DNA of 64,000 nt from a virus, in IMG/VR virus record IMGVR_UViG_3300030618_000004, one strand, 5' to 3'. The notes beneath the pieces are model-generated. The model worked only from the letters and a program-made list of their open reading frames with translations. It was not told the origin of the DNA and did no database searches. Below, one piece after another: positions 15,866-25,960 of the stretch. A program made the position numbers and the translations under genes. Each line of letters starts with the position of its first letter. The first letter of the stretch is position 1.

Positions 15866-16210
15866 ATGAAGAAATTATTAATTATTTTGTCAATATTATC
15901 ATTAACGGCTTGCGGATATTCAATTCGTGATGCTGAATTAGTAGGGCAGGTTAAAAAGGTAATTACAAATACTCCCTTGTTTTGTCCAAACTACATTGAG
16001 GCAGATATTAGCCTGGGCGTAATTCGCAATGGCGTTGGTTCAATGTCAACACAAGACATTTGGGTTGTCGTTAATAAAGGCGACGCTGAAATTTTAAAAT
16101 CTGCGGCTGAAAATGGCGAAATTGTAAAAATAAACTACGATGAGGAACGCCTAATGTCAGTCTGGTGTACATCAGGCCGTAAAGCGACTAGTGTAGAAAT
16201 ATCCAAATAA
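15866..16210 (+). CDS. lipoprotein (114 aa)
   Basis: Signal peptide with lipobox MKKLLIILSILSLTAC. A GGAGAA SD precedes the start. Confidence 0.7.
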   Translation: MKKLLIILSILSLTACGYSIRDAELVGQVKKVITNTPLFCPNYIEADISLGVIRNGVGSMSTQDIWVVVNKGDAEILKSAAENGEIVKINYDEERLMSVWCTSGRKATSVEISK

Positions 16211-16332
16211 TGAAAACATTATCGGTGCTTCTGTGTATTTTTAGTGCGTTGGTATATGCATTAGGGTATATCCCTGATGCTATTTATTTCATGGCCATGG
16301 CAATATTCTTTTCACTGAACGATAAAAAATGA
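16210..16332 (+). CDS. small membrane protein (40 aa, below the track cutoff)
   Basis: TAATG overlap with the lipoprotein stop. Hand-translated as MKTLSVLLCIFSALVYALGYIPDAIYFMAMAIFFSLNDKK. Confidence 0.35.
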   Translation: MKTLSVLLCIFSALVYALGYIPDAIYFMAMAIFFSLNDKK

Positions 16333-16415
16333 TTTATATTTTATCTCTTTCATTGGGGATAGATTCTTTTCGCTCCTCAGATCAAGGGGATTAACACAAT
16401 TACTAGGAGATTAAA

Positions 16416-16706
16416 ATGAGTATCAATTTAAGTGAAGTATTTTTAAAGTTTGAAGACGAGTATCATAAATTTGATTTAATTGAAAATAAACCAAGCAAAA
16501 GGCCTGATTTATGCGCGTTTTTATTGTTAGATAAAATAATTCCTGGTAATTCAGATATTGTCGGCGCTGCTGAGCACGATGAAATTTATTTAGGCGTTGA
16601 TTGCGAAGTTTTATCGGAAATCGCCACTGAAGACGATATTTTATATCTTGTTCGATGTGGCGTGATTTATAACGAAGAATACGACAGTTTATCAATGTTC
16701 GCTTGA
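16416..16706 (+). CDS. acidic hypothetical protein (96 aa)
   Basis: An AGGAGAT SD 5 nt upstream. No family recognised. Confidence 0.5.
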   Translation: MSINLSEVFLKFEDEYHKFDLIENKPSKRPDLCAFLLLDKIIPGNSDIVGAAEHDEIYLGVDCEVLSEIATEDDILYLVRCGVIYNEEYDSLSMFA

Positions 16707-16751
16707 TAGATAGGTCAAAAAAATTGATGCGTAATTTAACTGGGGTAAATC

Positions 16752-17069
16752 ATGACTGATAAAGAATTATTGTCACTGGCTGCAAAGGCAATTGGTCTAA
16801 AAATTACACACATGCCCATGTCTGAATTGACTGTTATTGAAGGAAAAGAATTGAGTACGATATGGAATCCATTATCTGACGATGGCGACGCATTGCGATT
16901 GGCAATGAAGTTAGATTTAACTATTTGCACCCATGGACAAGGAATTTATGTTTCTTCTGTGCAAAACATGCTTGCTTCCGCTCGCGAATGCAATGATGAG
17001 GATAAGCCTGCATTAGTTAGGCGCACAATAGTTCGCGCCGCTGCCGAAATCGGTAAAATGATGAAATAG
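16752..17069 (+). CDS. DUF2591-like phage protein
   Basis: ELLSLAAKAIGL...WNPLSDDGDALRLAMKLDL. It is a paralog of 45006..45338. The family name is from memory. Confidence 0.6.
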   Translation: MTDKELLSLAAKAIGLKITHMPMSELTVIEGKELSTIWNPLSDDGDALRLAMKLDLTICTHGQGIYVSSVQNMLASARECNDEDKPALVRRTIVRAAAEIGKMMK

Positions 17070-17077
17070 AATCAATC

Positions 17078-17185
17078 ATGCTAACCATTATATTAGTTGC
17101 TATAACATTATCAGTATTTGCATCAATATGCTTGGGCATGATTCTTTACGGAATTAATAAGATTAACAGTCTGGAGGATGAGTAA
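17078..17185 (+). CDS. small membrane protein (35 aa, below the track cutoff)
   Basis: Hand-translated as MLTIILVAITLSVFASICLGMILYGINKINSLEDE. Confidence 0.3.
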   Translation: MLTIILVAITLSVFASICLGMILYGINKINSLEDE

Positions 17186-17259
17186 AAGAGTTGCTTATAG
17201 GGCGCATCGGTTAGGTTGGCGTATAATAAAAACCAACACATAACAAGCCGGGTTAAGAA

Positions 17260-17919
17260 ATGTCTTCCTCAGAAAATAAACCAGAAGCCAAAAAAATAGA
17301 TTGGGAGCGAATAGAGATTGAATACCGCGCCGGACTTCTTTCTGTAAGGGAAATAGCAAAGTCCCATGGTATAACACATGGCGCAATCAATAAGCGTTGC
17401 AAGCGTGACGGATGGGTGAAAGACCTTCAAGCAAAGATCAAGGCCAAGGCAGATGAATTGGTATCCAAACGGGAAGTATCCGCTTTGGTATCCAAAGAAG
17501 TGGCTACTAGTGAACGGATACTGATAGAATCCAATGCAAGCGTTATTGCTGATATTCGAATGGCACATAGAACGGATATTAAACGAGCCAGATTGCTTGC
17601 GATGGAATTAATGAGGGAATTGGAAAGTCAGACTATTAATGCTCAGTTGTTCGAGGAGTTCGGAGAATTGATGCGGAAAGAAAATAAAGATGGCATTGAC
17701 AGAATGAATGATCTGTATCACAAGATTATTTCAGGTGCTGGCCGGATAGATGGAATGAAAAAACTGTCTGATACTATTAAGAATCTAATTGGTCTTGAGC
17801 GTGAAGCGTACGGATTATCGACAATAGAGGCTCCTACTCAGGCAGTTATCAATAATAACTTCAGTCAATCACCGGAAGAGTATGAGCAACGAGCAGCCAA
17901 GTTACTTAAAGAGGTCTGA
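17260..17919 (+). CDS. terS: terminase small subunit
   Basis: HTH LSVREIAKSHGITHGAINKRCKRDGW. It lies directly upstream of, and overlaps, the large subunit gene. Confidence 0.65.
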   Translation: MSSSENKPEAKKIDWERIEIEYRAGLLSVREIAKSHGITHGAINKRCKRDGWVKDLQAKIKAKADELVSKREVSALVSKEVATSERILIESNASVIADIRMAHRTDIKRARLLAMELMRELESQTINAQLFEEFGELMRKENKDGIDRMNDLYHKIISGAGRIDGMKKLSDTIKNLIGLEREAYGLSTIEAPTQAVINNNFSQSPEEYEQRAAKLLKEV

Positions 17920-19285
17920 TCCGAAAGACAGGGAAGCTGCTGCGATTACTGCTAGACAAGATTTATACTTCTTTAGCCGGTGGATGTTTTTGCAGCGCCG
18001 TGGCTTTCTCTGGCAAAAATCATTTCATCATAAAATAATGTGCGATGCTTTGATGCGCGTATATACGGGTGAATGCAAGCGTCTGATTATTAATGTCCCT
18101 CCAAGATATTCAAAAACGGAATTGGCTGTTGTTAATTTCATAGCATGGGCTATGGGAAAAAGCCCTGATTCTGAATTTATTCATGTTAGCTATTCATCAG
18201 ACTTAGCAGCCAACAACAGCGCCAATACTAAGTTTATGATGATGCACGAAGCTTACAATGAGATATTTCCTAATGTTAAGTTCTTAGGCACTGCACAGGC
18301 TCATTGGAAGACAACAGAGGGTGGTGTAATGTATTCTGCTGGTACTGGTGGCACGTTGACCGGGTTTGGTGCTGGCAAGCATCGCCAAGGATTCGGCGGG
18401 GCTATTATTATTGATGATCCACATAAGGCCAGTGAAGCGCGATCTGATGTGATTCGTAAAGGGGTTCTTGATTGGTTTCAGACAACATTGGAAAGTAGAA
18501 AAAACGATCCTAAGCAAACCCCTATCATTTTAATCATGCAAAGATTGCACGAGTCCGATTTAGCTGGATGGTTGCTTGAAAAGGGGAACGGTGAAGAATG
18601 GGAGCATATTTGCTTTCCTGCTATTCAGGCTGACGGCACTGCACTATGGGATGAAAAGCATACTTTGGAAGATTTGCGCAGGATGGAGCAAGCAAACCCA
18701 TATGTTTTTGCTGGTCAATATCAACAAAGACCGTCCCCAGGCGAAGGGGGAATATTTAAACCAGATCAATTGCAGATTGTTGATGCAATACCATCAGGAA
18801 AGATTAAATGGTGCCGTGGATGGGACTTTGCCGCGACGCTGGATGGCGACTTTACCGCTGGAGCCAAGATAGGTCGATTAGATGATGGCAGATTCATTAT
18901 CGCAGATATGGTAAGAATACGATGCGAAACACATGAGCGCGACGCGGCCATAAAAAATACTGCCAATAGAGATATGCGCGAAACTAAAATCAGTATGCCG
19001 CAAGACCCTGGACAAGCTGGAAAGACGCAGGTGATATATTTAACACGCGAATTGTCCGGTTATGATGTAAAATCTTCGCCTGAAACTGGCGATAAAGTTA
19101 CTAGAGCAGAGCCATACGCGGCTCAACTTAATGTTGGAAACGTATTAATGCTTCGCGCACCGTGGAATGAACAATACATTAATGAGCTTAGAATGTTTCC
19201 AAATGGCACATTTGACGATCAGGTTGATGCAAGTTCGAGAGCATTTTCTGAGGTTATGATTCCCCGTAGGTCATTTTTTGGGTAA
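17882..19285 (+). CDS. terL: terminase large subunit
   Basis: Walker A-like VPPRYSKTE, Walker B AIIIDDPHK, coupling motif IMQRLHESD and a C-terminal nuclease region (WDFAAT...FDDQVDA). Confidence 0.85.
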   Translation: MSNEQPSYLKRSDPKDREAAAITARQDLYFFSRWMFLQRRGFLWQKSFHHKIMCDALMRVYTGECKRLIINVPPRYSKTELAVVNFIAWAMGKSPDSEFIHVSYSSDLAANNSANTKFMMMHEAYNEIFPNVKFLGTAQAHWKTTEGGVMYSAGTGGTLTGFGAGKHRQGFGGAIIIDDPHKASEARSDVIRKGVLDWFQTTLESRKNDPKQTPIILIMQRLHESDLAGWLLEKGNGEEWEHICFPAIQADGTALWDEKHTLEDLRRMEQANPYVFAGQYQQRPSPGEGGIFKPDQLQIVDAIPSGKIKWCRGWDFAATLDGDFTAGAKIGRLDDGRFIIADMVRIRCETHERDAAIKNTANRDMRETKISMPQDPGQAGKTQVIYLTRELSGYDVKSSPETGDKVTRAEPYAAQLNVGNVLMLRAPWNEQYINELRMFPNGTFDDQVDASSRAFSEVMIPRRSFFG

Positions 19286-19287
19286 AT

Positions 19288-20775
19288 ATGTTCAATTTCT
19301 TCAAAAAGAAGCAAACAGAAGTAACTAAACCAAAAGAGCGAAAATCGCAATGGTCAACTCATTTCGGCTTAGATGACAATCGCGGCGATAAAGCACGAGA
19401 TTTGATTGCTGAGATATTCAGAAAACAGCCAATCATAAGCGGTGAGTTCGCCCAGGATGACAGCTCAAACGGCTTTCCATCCTTCAAGCAATACAACAAT
19501 CAAATAAACTCGGCCAGTGACACGCTGGTCTTTTGGTATTCAACGCAAGGATTTATCGGGCATCAGCTTTGCGGCATCATTGCGCAGAACTGGTTAATCA
19601 ATAAAGCATGTTCCATGCCGGCCGTTGACGCGGTTCGTAAAGGGTACAATATTGTCAGTATCGATGGAGACGATTTAGACCCTGAAGCCACTAAATTGCT
19701 GAAGCGATACGATAGAAAGATGGGAATCAACAAGCATTTGCGCGAATTTATACGCAAAGGTCGCATCTTCGGTGTGCGTATTGCTATGTTCAAAGTTGAT
19801 TCGACAGACCCGCTTTATTACGAAAATCCATTCAATATCGATGGTGTGACACCAGGAAGCTACAAGGGTATCGTTCAGATCGATCCTTACTGGACTGCGC
19901 CGCTACTAGACCAAGCAGGAGCTAGTCAGCCTGATAGCTTGCATTTCTATGAGCCTTCCTATTGGATGATCAATGGAAAAAAGGTTCATCGATCACATCT
20001 AATCATATTCCGTCATTCTGAGCCAGTGGATGTGATTAAGCCGCAATATCTCTATGGCGGAGTGCCATTGCCGCAGCAGATCATGGAGCGCGTCTATGCC
20101 GCTGAGAGAACGGCTAATGAAGCCCCTCAACTGGCAATGACGAAGCGGATAAGTGTCTGGTTGACCGATATGGAAGCGGTCATGGCCGATACTACTTCCA
20201 CGGTTAATCGCCTTAACGATTGGGCAATGTTTCGTGACAACTATGGAATCAAGTTAGGCGACAAAGAAGGTGACGAATATAGCCAGTTCGATACCAGCTT
20301 GGCTGATATGGATGCGCTCATCATGACTCAATATCAATTGGTCTGCGCTCAATCCGGTGTGCCGTCAACTAAGATGCTTGGAACTTCTCCGAAAGGCTTT
20401 GGCGCGTCTGGCGAGTATGAGGAAGCGAGTTATCATGAAATGCTGGAGTCATTACAGGAAAGCGACTTAACACCATTTCTTGAAAGGCACCATGCATTAG
20501 TCATGCAAGCATATGTCGTGCCAGCATTAGGCGCGATGGATATTGAAACAACAGTTCAATGGAATCCGCTCGATACGCCAACAGCTAAAGAATTGGCAGA
20601 TACAAATCTGGTCAAGGCTCAAACAGGGCTTGCGTTGATACAATCTGGAGCTATCGATAGCTCAGTAGAACAGCGTCGCGTGGCAACTGATAAGACAAGC
20701 GGCTATCACGATCTTGGCCTTGAAGATATGGATATTGAGCCTTTAGAGTCTGATAATGATCAAAGCGAAGAATAA
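19288..20775 (+). CDS. portal protein
   Basis: A 495-aa protein immediately after terL with an acidic C-terminus. Position and size fit a DUF1073-type portal (family from memory). Confidence 0.8.
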   Translation: MFNFFKKKQTEVTKPKERKSQWSTHFGLDDNRGDKARDLIAEIFRKQPIISGEFAQDDSSNGFPSFKQYNNQINSASDTLVFWYSTQGFIGHQLCGIIAQNWLINKACSMPAVDAVRKGYNIVSIDGDDLDPEATKLLKRYDRKMGINKHLREFIRKGRIFGVRIAMFKVDSTDPLYYENPFNIDGVTPGSYKGIVQIDPYWTAPLLDQAGASQPDSLHFYEPSYWMINGKKVHRSHLIIFRHSEPVDVIKPQYLYGGVPLPQQIMERVYAAERTANEAPQLAMTKRISVWLTDMEAVMADTTSTVNRLNDWAMFRDNYGIKLGDKEGDEYSQFDTSLADMDALIMTQYQLVCAQSGVPSTKMLGTSPKGFGASGEYEEASYHEMLESLQESDLTPFLERHHALVMQAYVVPALGAMDIETTVQWNPLDTPTAKELADTNLVKAQTGLALIQSGAIDSSVEQRRVATDKTSGYHDLGLEDMDIEPLESDNDQSEE

Positions 20776-21568
20776 GCAGGAAGCATTGCCATTGATTCCA
20801 TCGGCCAAGATAAGCCAAGAATTCAGTGAATCAATTATCAAGGAAATTGAGCTATTCCACCGCGCCGTGTTGCGCGAGATTAAACAGGCATTCAGTGGCA
20901 CCGCATATGCAATGGATGCGAACGTTGCGTCAGATAGCAGAATCAGATTAAACAAATTGCGTATGGATTGGAATTCACGTTTTAATGAGTTGGCTAAATC
21001 ATCGGTAGGAAAGATGATCGAAAAGGTTAAAAAGAATTCGACGGTTACGATTAACATGTCATTGCGGACGATATCGAAAGAATTCGAAATAGACACATCA
21101 TTCAGTGACCAGAGATTGCAAGACGTGATTATTGCCAGCACCCAGGAAGCGGCCAATCTCATTAAATTGATACCTGAGAAATATCTGGCCGAGGTTCAAG
21201 GCGCTGTCATGCGATCTATCACATCTGGCCAAGGAATGAAAGATTTAGTACCATTTTTAACAAAAAAATATCAGGGTGATATAAAATGGGCTAGACATGT
21301 TGCTCTTGACCAAACGCGTAAAGCTTATACTTCAATCAATCGAGTAAGGCTTAATAAGGCTGGCGTTGAATCATTTATTTGGCGGCACACAGGCGGGTCG
21401 GCGCATCCCAGAAAAGATCATATAGCTCTTTCTGGTAAGGAATTTAGATATGATGATCCTCCGATAATTGATAATCGAAGTGGTGAAAAAGGATTTCCTT
21501 CTCAACTTCCGTTCTGTAGATGCCTAGAGATACCAGTGTTTTCGTTTCTAAAATCAGAAAGTAAATAA
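20756..21568 (+). CDS. head morphogenesis protein (Mu F / SPP1 gp7 family)
   Basis: SAHPRKDHIALSGKEFRYDDPP...LPFCRC is the characteristic C-terminal motif. Confidence 0.8.
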   Translation: MIKAKNKQEALPLIPSAKISQEFSESIIKEIELFHRAVLREIKQAFSGTAYAMDANVASDSRIRLNKLRMDWNSRFNELAKSSVGKMIEKVKKNSTVTINMSLRTISKEFEIDTSFSDQRLQDVIIASTQEAANLIKLIPEKYLAEVQGAVMRSITSGQGMKDLVPFLTKKYQGDIKWARHVALDQTRKAYTSINRVRLNKAGVESFIWRHTGGSAHPRKDHIALSGKEFRYDDPPIIDNRSGEKGFPSQLPFCRCLEIPVFSFLKSESK

Positions 21569-23194
21569 ATGCCACTTAAGCAAGGAAGCAGCAAAGCAGA
21601 TATATCAGCGAATGTAGCTGAGTTAATGAAGGCTGGACATAGCCAGTCTCAGAGCATTGCTATTGCTTATTCCGAAGCGCGTAAATCGCACGGCATCGAT
21701 TCATCTGAATCAAAAGAACGTGATAAATCGGATAAGGATGCTGATTTGGTGGCGTTCATTTGCTATACCAATGAAGACAAGATTTTATGGTTGCATCGGA
21801 CTAAAGACGGTTCATGGGGTTTCCCAGGTGGGCATGTTGAAAAAGGCGAATCATGTATTGAGGGCGCTATTCGTGAGTCACGCGAAGAAATTCAACATAC
21901 TCCAGAAACCGGCGTTAGCCTGATATGGTCAGAAGGCAAAGTTAGACTATATGCCTGTGACGACGGATCATTTTCGCCTATCTTGAATGATGAACATGAT
22001 GGTTTTATGTGGGCAACTTTAGAAGAGGCTCCAGACCCTATGTTTCCCAAGATTGAAGAATCTACCGAAGAAATCGAAGCGGAAATTGAATCGAGTTCTG
22101 GATCGATGGATCGGCGCGAATACGATACTAATGGCTGGTTCACCGTAGAAGATAACCCACTTTCAAAGATTGGCGTTTATCAATACTCGGGCGCAATGAT
22201 CGATCCGTTGGGTCTTGACCCTGAGATTGACCCTTCGAGACTTTACAATGTCTTTCGCAGCCCAGAAGAACTTGGCGATGTAGAATGTATCGAAAGTTTC
22301 AAACTATTGCCATGGATTGACAATCATGTTATGTTAGGCTCTGAAGAAGCAGGATTGATGCCAGCAGAGCAAAAAGGCATTCAGGGCGTAATAGGCGAAC
22401 AAGTTTATTTTGACGGAGAAACACTTTTTGGCAACATAAAGGTATTTTCCGAAGCAATGGCCGGATTGATCAAATCTGGCAAAAAAGAATTATCAAGCGG
22501 CTATCGCTGCAAGTATAAAAAGCTGGCAGGTATTTGGAAGAATCAAGTTTATGATTTTATTCAATGCGCTGTGCGTGGTAATCATTTGGCATTAGTTAAT
22601 TCTGGTCGAATGGGTGCAGAGGTAGCAGTATTAGATCAATCCGAACTTAATAAGGAAACTATCATGGCTGAAGAAGCGAAGAAAGAAGATGTAAAAAAAG
22701 AGCCTGTCAAAGCCGAAGGCGAAGATGGGGAATCCGGCGAAATGAGTATGGAGCAAGCTCATGAGCATCTGAAAACGATCATGCCTATCATTGCCAAAAT
22801 GCAAAAATTGCTTGGTGGTGGTGGCGAAACTAAGGGCAATGAAGCCGTTGGTGAAGATGAGGAAGAAGACAAGAAAAAAGGCGATGAAGAAAAAGGTTCT
22901 GGCATGGATGCGGCTGAGTTTGCCAAAGTCGTGACAGCCACCATCGCAGAGAAAGAATCTCTGTACAAATCATTGTCTGCCCACATTGGCACATTCGATC
23001 ATTCCGAAATGGATTTGGACAAAATGGCTAAATATGGCTGCAAGAAATTGGAAATTGAAGCGCCGAAAGAAAATCGCGCTCTATTCCTGAAAGCTTACCT
23101 ATCTGGTAAAGGCGCTCCGAAGGTCGTATATGGTATGGATTCCAGTGCGGCTAAAAAGGGCAATTTCGTTGACCGTCATATTCAAGGAGCTTAA
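21569..23194 (+). CDS. Nudix hydrolase fused to a head scaffold/prohead-core (DUF2213-like) protein
   Basis: Nudix box [22 protein letters not shown] (G-x5-E-x7-REx2EE). It is followed by [24 protein letters not shown]...[13 protein letters not shown] and an E/K-rich tail, in the scaffold position between MuF and the capsid gene. Confidence 0.75.
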   Translation: MPLKQGSSKADISANVAELMKAGHSQSQSIAIAYSEARKSHGIDSSESKERDKSDKDADLVAFICYTNEDKILWLHRTKDGSWGFPGGHVEKGESCIEGAIRESREEIQHTPETGVSLIWSEGKVRLYACDDGSFSPILNDEHDGFMWATLEEAPDPMFPKIEESTEEIEAEIESSSGSMDRREYDTNGWFTVEDNPLSKIGVYQYSGAMIDPLGLDPEIDPSRLYNVFRSPEELGDVECIESFKLLPWIDNHVMLGSEEAGLMPAEQKGIQGVIGEQVYFDGETLFGNIKVFSEAMAGLIKSGKKELSSGYRCKYKKLAGIWKNQVYDFIQCAVRGNHLALVNSGRMGAEVAVLDQSELNKETIMAEEAKKEDVKKEPVKAEGEDGESGEMSMEQAHEHLKTIMPIIAKMQKLLGGGGETKGNEAVGEDEEEDKKKGDEEKGSGMDAAEFAKVVTATIAEKESLYKSLSAHIGTFDHSEMDLDKMAKYGCKKLEIEAPKENRALFLKAYLSGKGAPKVVYGMDSSAAKKGNFVDRHIQGA

Positions 23195-23196
23195 TC

Positions 23197-23910
23197 ATGA
23201 CTGCTGCTGTATTTCAATCAACTGTCAATGTTACGCTCAGTTTTGGCGTAGTTGGCGAACTTATCGTGGATGGCCCGCAACGGGCTGAATCACTTACTCT
23301 TGATACCAATGGCGGTACGATCGGTTACGGATTTACCAAAAGTAACAGTACGAACGTAGCGACTATGGGCGGCACGATTGCCAATGGCGTAGTATTCGCT
23401 GGTATCTTGGCTAATCCTAAAACTTACGCATCGTTTGGTGCGGTTAGTGGTAATCCTCTCGATCCTAACCTGTTTTTACCTGCTAACTCACAAGGTGAAT
23501 TCTTGACAATGGGGACAATCGTTGTAGCATCGGGCAGTGCCGGAAATATCGGTGACTTGGTGCAGTTCAATAACACCACAGGCGCGATCTCAACATTGCC
23601 ACCTACATCAACATTCACAGCATCACAAGCGACTACCGTGCTGACCGTAACTGGTACGCCTACAGGCAATTTGGGCGTTGGCGCTGATGTTTATAGTACA
23701 GCTGGCGTGTTTATTGGCAAGATTGAAAGTCTTGGTACTGGTACTGGTGGTGCTGGAACTTACAACTTAACTACCTCGGCAACTGTGAGTTCTGAAGCAA
23801 TGACCGCTAACACTCAGCCAGCGTCCGGCAATCAATTTGTGCCAAATGCTGTTATCTATCGTTTCCCAACCTCCGCGTCTGGCTTAATCGCTATCCGCAT
23901 GACTGAATAA
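23197..23910 (+). CDS. putative capsid decoration/cement protein
   Basis: G/T/A-rich 237-aa protein between the scaffold and major capsid genes. The call rests on position only. Confidence 0.45.
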   Translation: MTAAVFQSTVNVTLSFGVVGELIVDGPQRAESLTLDTNGGTIGYGFTKSNSTNVATMGGTIANGVVFAGILANPKTYASFGAVSGNPLDPNLFLPANSQGEFLTMGTIVVASGSAGNIGDLVQFNNTTGAISTLPPTSTFTASQATTVLTVTGTPTGNLGVGADVYSTAGVFIGKIESLGTGTGGAGTYNLTTSATVSSEAMTANTQPASGNQFVPNAVIYRFPTSASGLIAIRMTE

Positions 23911-23919
23911 GGATAAATC

Positions 23920-25026
23920 ATGATTAAATCAATTGAGCACAGTCATTTATCGGCGCTTCAAGTGCGTCCGGTTGTGATGACGATGGATGACGTAGAGGAT
24001 TATGTCGCACTATCCAAAATCGGTATTAACTTCACTCCGCAGCAAGTCAAGATTATGGCTAGCTTCGCGATGGATGCTGCCAATCAAGCTGGCGTTACTG
24101 CCGGCTCGATGACAACTCCGGTTCAGTTTTTACAGAACTGGCTTCCTGGCTTTGTCCGCGTACTGACCGCTAAACGAAAGATCGATGAATTAGTCGGGAT
24201 TACCACATCAGGCTCGTGGGAAGACGAAGAAGTCATACAGGGTCTGTTGGAAAATCTGGGTACAGCCGTTCCTTATGGTGACTATACCAATGTCCCATTG
24301 AGTTCGTGGAATGCTAACTTTGTTCGTCGCAATGTTGTTCGCTTCGAACAAGGTTTAAAAGTTGGCGCTTTGGAAGAAGCTCGCGCAGCACGTATTCGTA
24401 TTAGCACTGCTGCTGAAAAACGGGCATCGGCTGCTTTGACTCTGGAAATTCAGCGTAACTTGATCGGATTCAACGGCTTTAATGCAGGTAATAACCTGAC
24501 TTATGGATTCCTGAACGATCCGTCATTGCCAGCTTATGTCACTGTGGCGACTGGTGCATCATCTTCTACTTTATGGTCGAAGAAAACAGCATTGGAAATT
24601 ATCACTGATATTCAAACTGCGGCTGCTCAATTGCAAATCCAATCTCAGGACAACATCAATCCTGAAGATACGCCGACCACATTGGCTGTTGCGACTGCCA
24701 TTTACCAATGGTTAAGCTCAGTATCAACTCTGGTTGCAAACTCGGTTCGCACATGGATGACTCAAACTTATCCTAAAATGCGTGTCGTATCTGCCCCCCA
24801 GTTGAGTGCGGCCAATGGTGGCGCTAACGTGTTTTATCTGTACGCCGATGCTGTAGAAGATGGCGCAACAGACGATTCACGCACCTGGATTCAAGTTGTG
24901 CCTGCCAAGTTCCAAGCTCTCGGTGTTGAAAAACAATCGAAATGGTATGTTGAAGATTACACCAATGCGACTGCTGGAGTGATGTTAAAACGGCCATACG
25001 CAGTTGTAAGATACACGGGATGTTGA
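23920..25026 (+). CDS. major capsid protein
   Basis: 368 aa, in the right position and followed by a strong hairpin. It resembles DUF2184-type capsid proteins from memory. Confidence 0.7.
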   Translation: MIKSIEHSHLSALQVRPVVMTMDDVEDYVALSKIGINFTPQQVKIMASFAMDAANQAGVTAGSMTTPVQFLQNWLPGFVRVLTAKRKIDELVGITTSGSWEDEEVIQGLLENLGTAVPYGDYTNVPLSSWNANFVRRNVVRFEQGLKVGALEEARAARIRISTAAEKRASAALTLEIQRNLIGFNGFNAGNNLTYGFLNDPSLPAYVTVATGASSSTLWSKKTALEIITDIQTAAAQLQIQSQDNINPEDTPTTLAVATAIYQWLSSVSTLVANSVRTWMTQTYPKMRVVSAPQLSAANGGANVFYLYADAVEDGATDDSRTWIQVVPAKFQALGVEKQSKWYVEDYTNATAGVMLKRPYAVVRYTGC

Positions 25027-25070
25027 AATTAACACCAATTAACGAGTAATCAGCGTAGAGTGCGTTAATA

Positions 25071-25095
25071 TACCCCCTGTTAATAACGGGGGGTA
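25071..25095 (+). terminator. stem-loop after the capsid gene (possible partial terminator)
   Basis: taccccc-N11-gggggta, a 7-bp G/C-rich stem. No clear T run follows. Confidence 0.4.
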
Positions 25096-25148
25096 CTTAC
25101 ATGAAAAGCGGTTAGAATTTAATTCTCAATTAAAATCGGAGCAATAAA

Positions 25149-25520
25149 ATGGCAAAGAATTCCTACGTATTTTCAACATTGGCAAACGATCAGCAATATG
25201 TCAATTGGGTGAAAAATGATAACGGCAACAATGAAAAACAGCATCCTGTTTTGATTAAGGGTGGAACTGGCGTTGCTAATGATCGGTTTGTTACGCCATT
25301 GGGCGTGGCGACTGAAGTAGATGAAAATCAATTGGCAGAATTAAAGAAAAATCCATGCTTCATCGAACATGAAAAGCTAGGGTTCATCGTTGTTCAATCG
25401 AAAAAAGCCGATCCTGAAAAGGTTGCTGCTGATATGGATTTGAAAGATAAATCGGCGCCAATTACTCCTTCCGATTACAAGGAAGAAGGCGAAGAAGCAT
25501 TGACTGTGACCACTAATTAA
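25149..25520 (+). CDS. hypothetical head-associated protein (123 aa)
   Basis: ORF with a GGAG SD in the head module. Confidence 0.5.
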   Translation: MAKNSYVFSTLANDQQYVNWVKNDNGNNEKQHPVLIKGGTGVANDRFVTPLGVATEVDENQLAELKKNPCFIEHEKLGFIVVQSKKADPEKVAADMDLKDKSAPITPSDYKEEGEEALTVTTN

Positions 25521-25522
25521 TC

Positions 25523-25960
25523 ATGACTACGCCTGTCTATAACGACACTAATTTCCGCGCTCAGTTTCCGGTATTCGCCAATATGACGACTTATCCTGAA
25601 GCGATGCTGTCTGGTTATTGGGCTATGGGCAGTGCGTACATCAGCACGAACAATGTAAATTGTGTGTGGACTTCGGCGCAAGCTCAATTAGCAAATGATT
25701 TAATGGCTGCTCACTTAGCGCAATCGTTCACACTGATTAATAATGGAGTTCCTGTCGTATTGGTTCAAGGCTCTACAGAAGGCTCTGTGACTGTTTCCGT
25801 TACGCCGCCGCCCGTTAAGTCGTCATTCGGATATTGGCTTGCCACAACGCCATATGGTATGCAACTACGCGCATTGTTGAAAGCCGTTGCAGGTGTTGGT
25901 TTATATGTTGGTGGATTGCCTGAGCGTTCGGCATTTAGAAAAGTAGCAGGTATATTCTAA
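25523..25960 (+). CDS. head-tail connector protein (DUF4054-like)
   Basis: N-terminal NDTNFRAQFPVFANMTTYPEAML and its position. The family name is from memory. Confidence 0.55.
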   Translation: MTTPVYNDTNFRAQFPVFANMTTYPEAMLSGYWAMGSAYISTNNVNCVWTSAQAQLANDLMAAHLAQSFTLINNGVPVVLVQGSTEGSVTVSVTPPPVKSSFGYWLATTPYGMQLRALLKAVAGVGLYVGGLPERSAFRKVAGIF

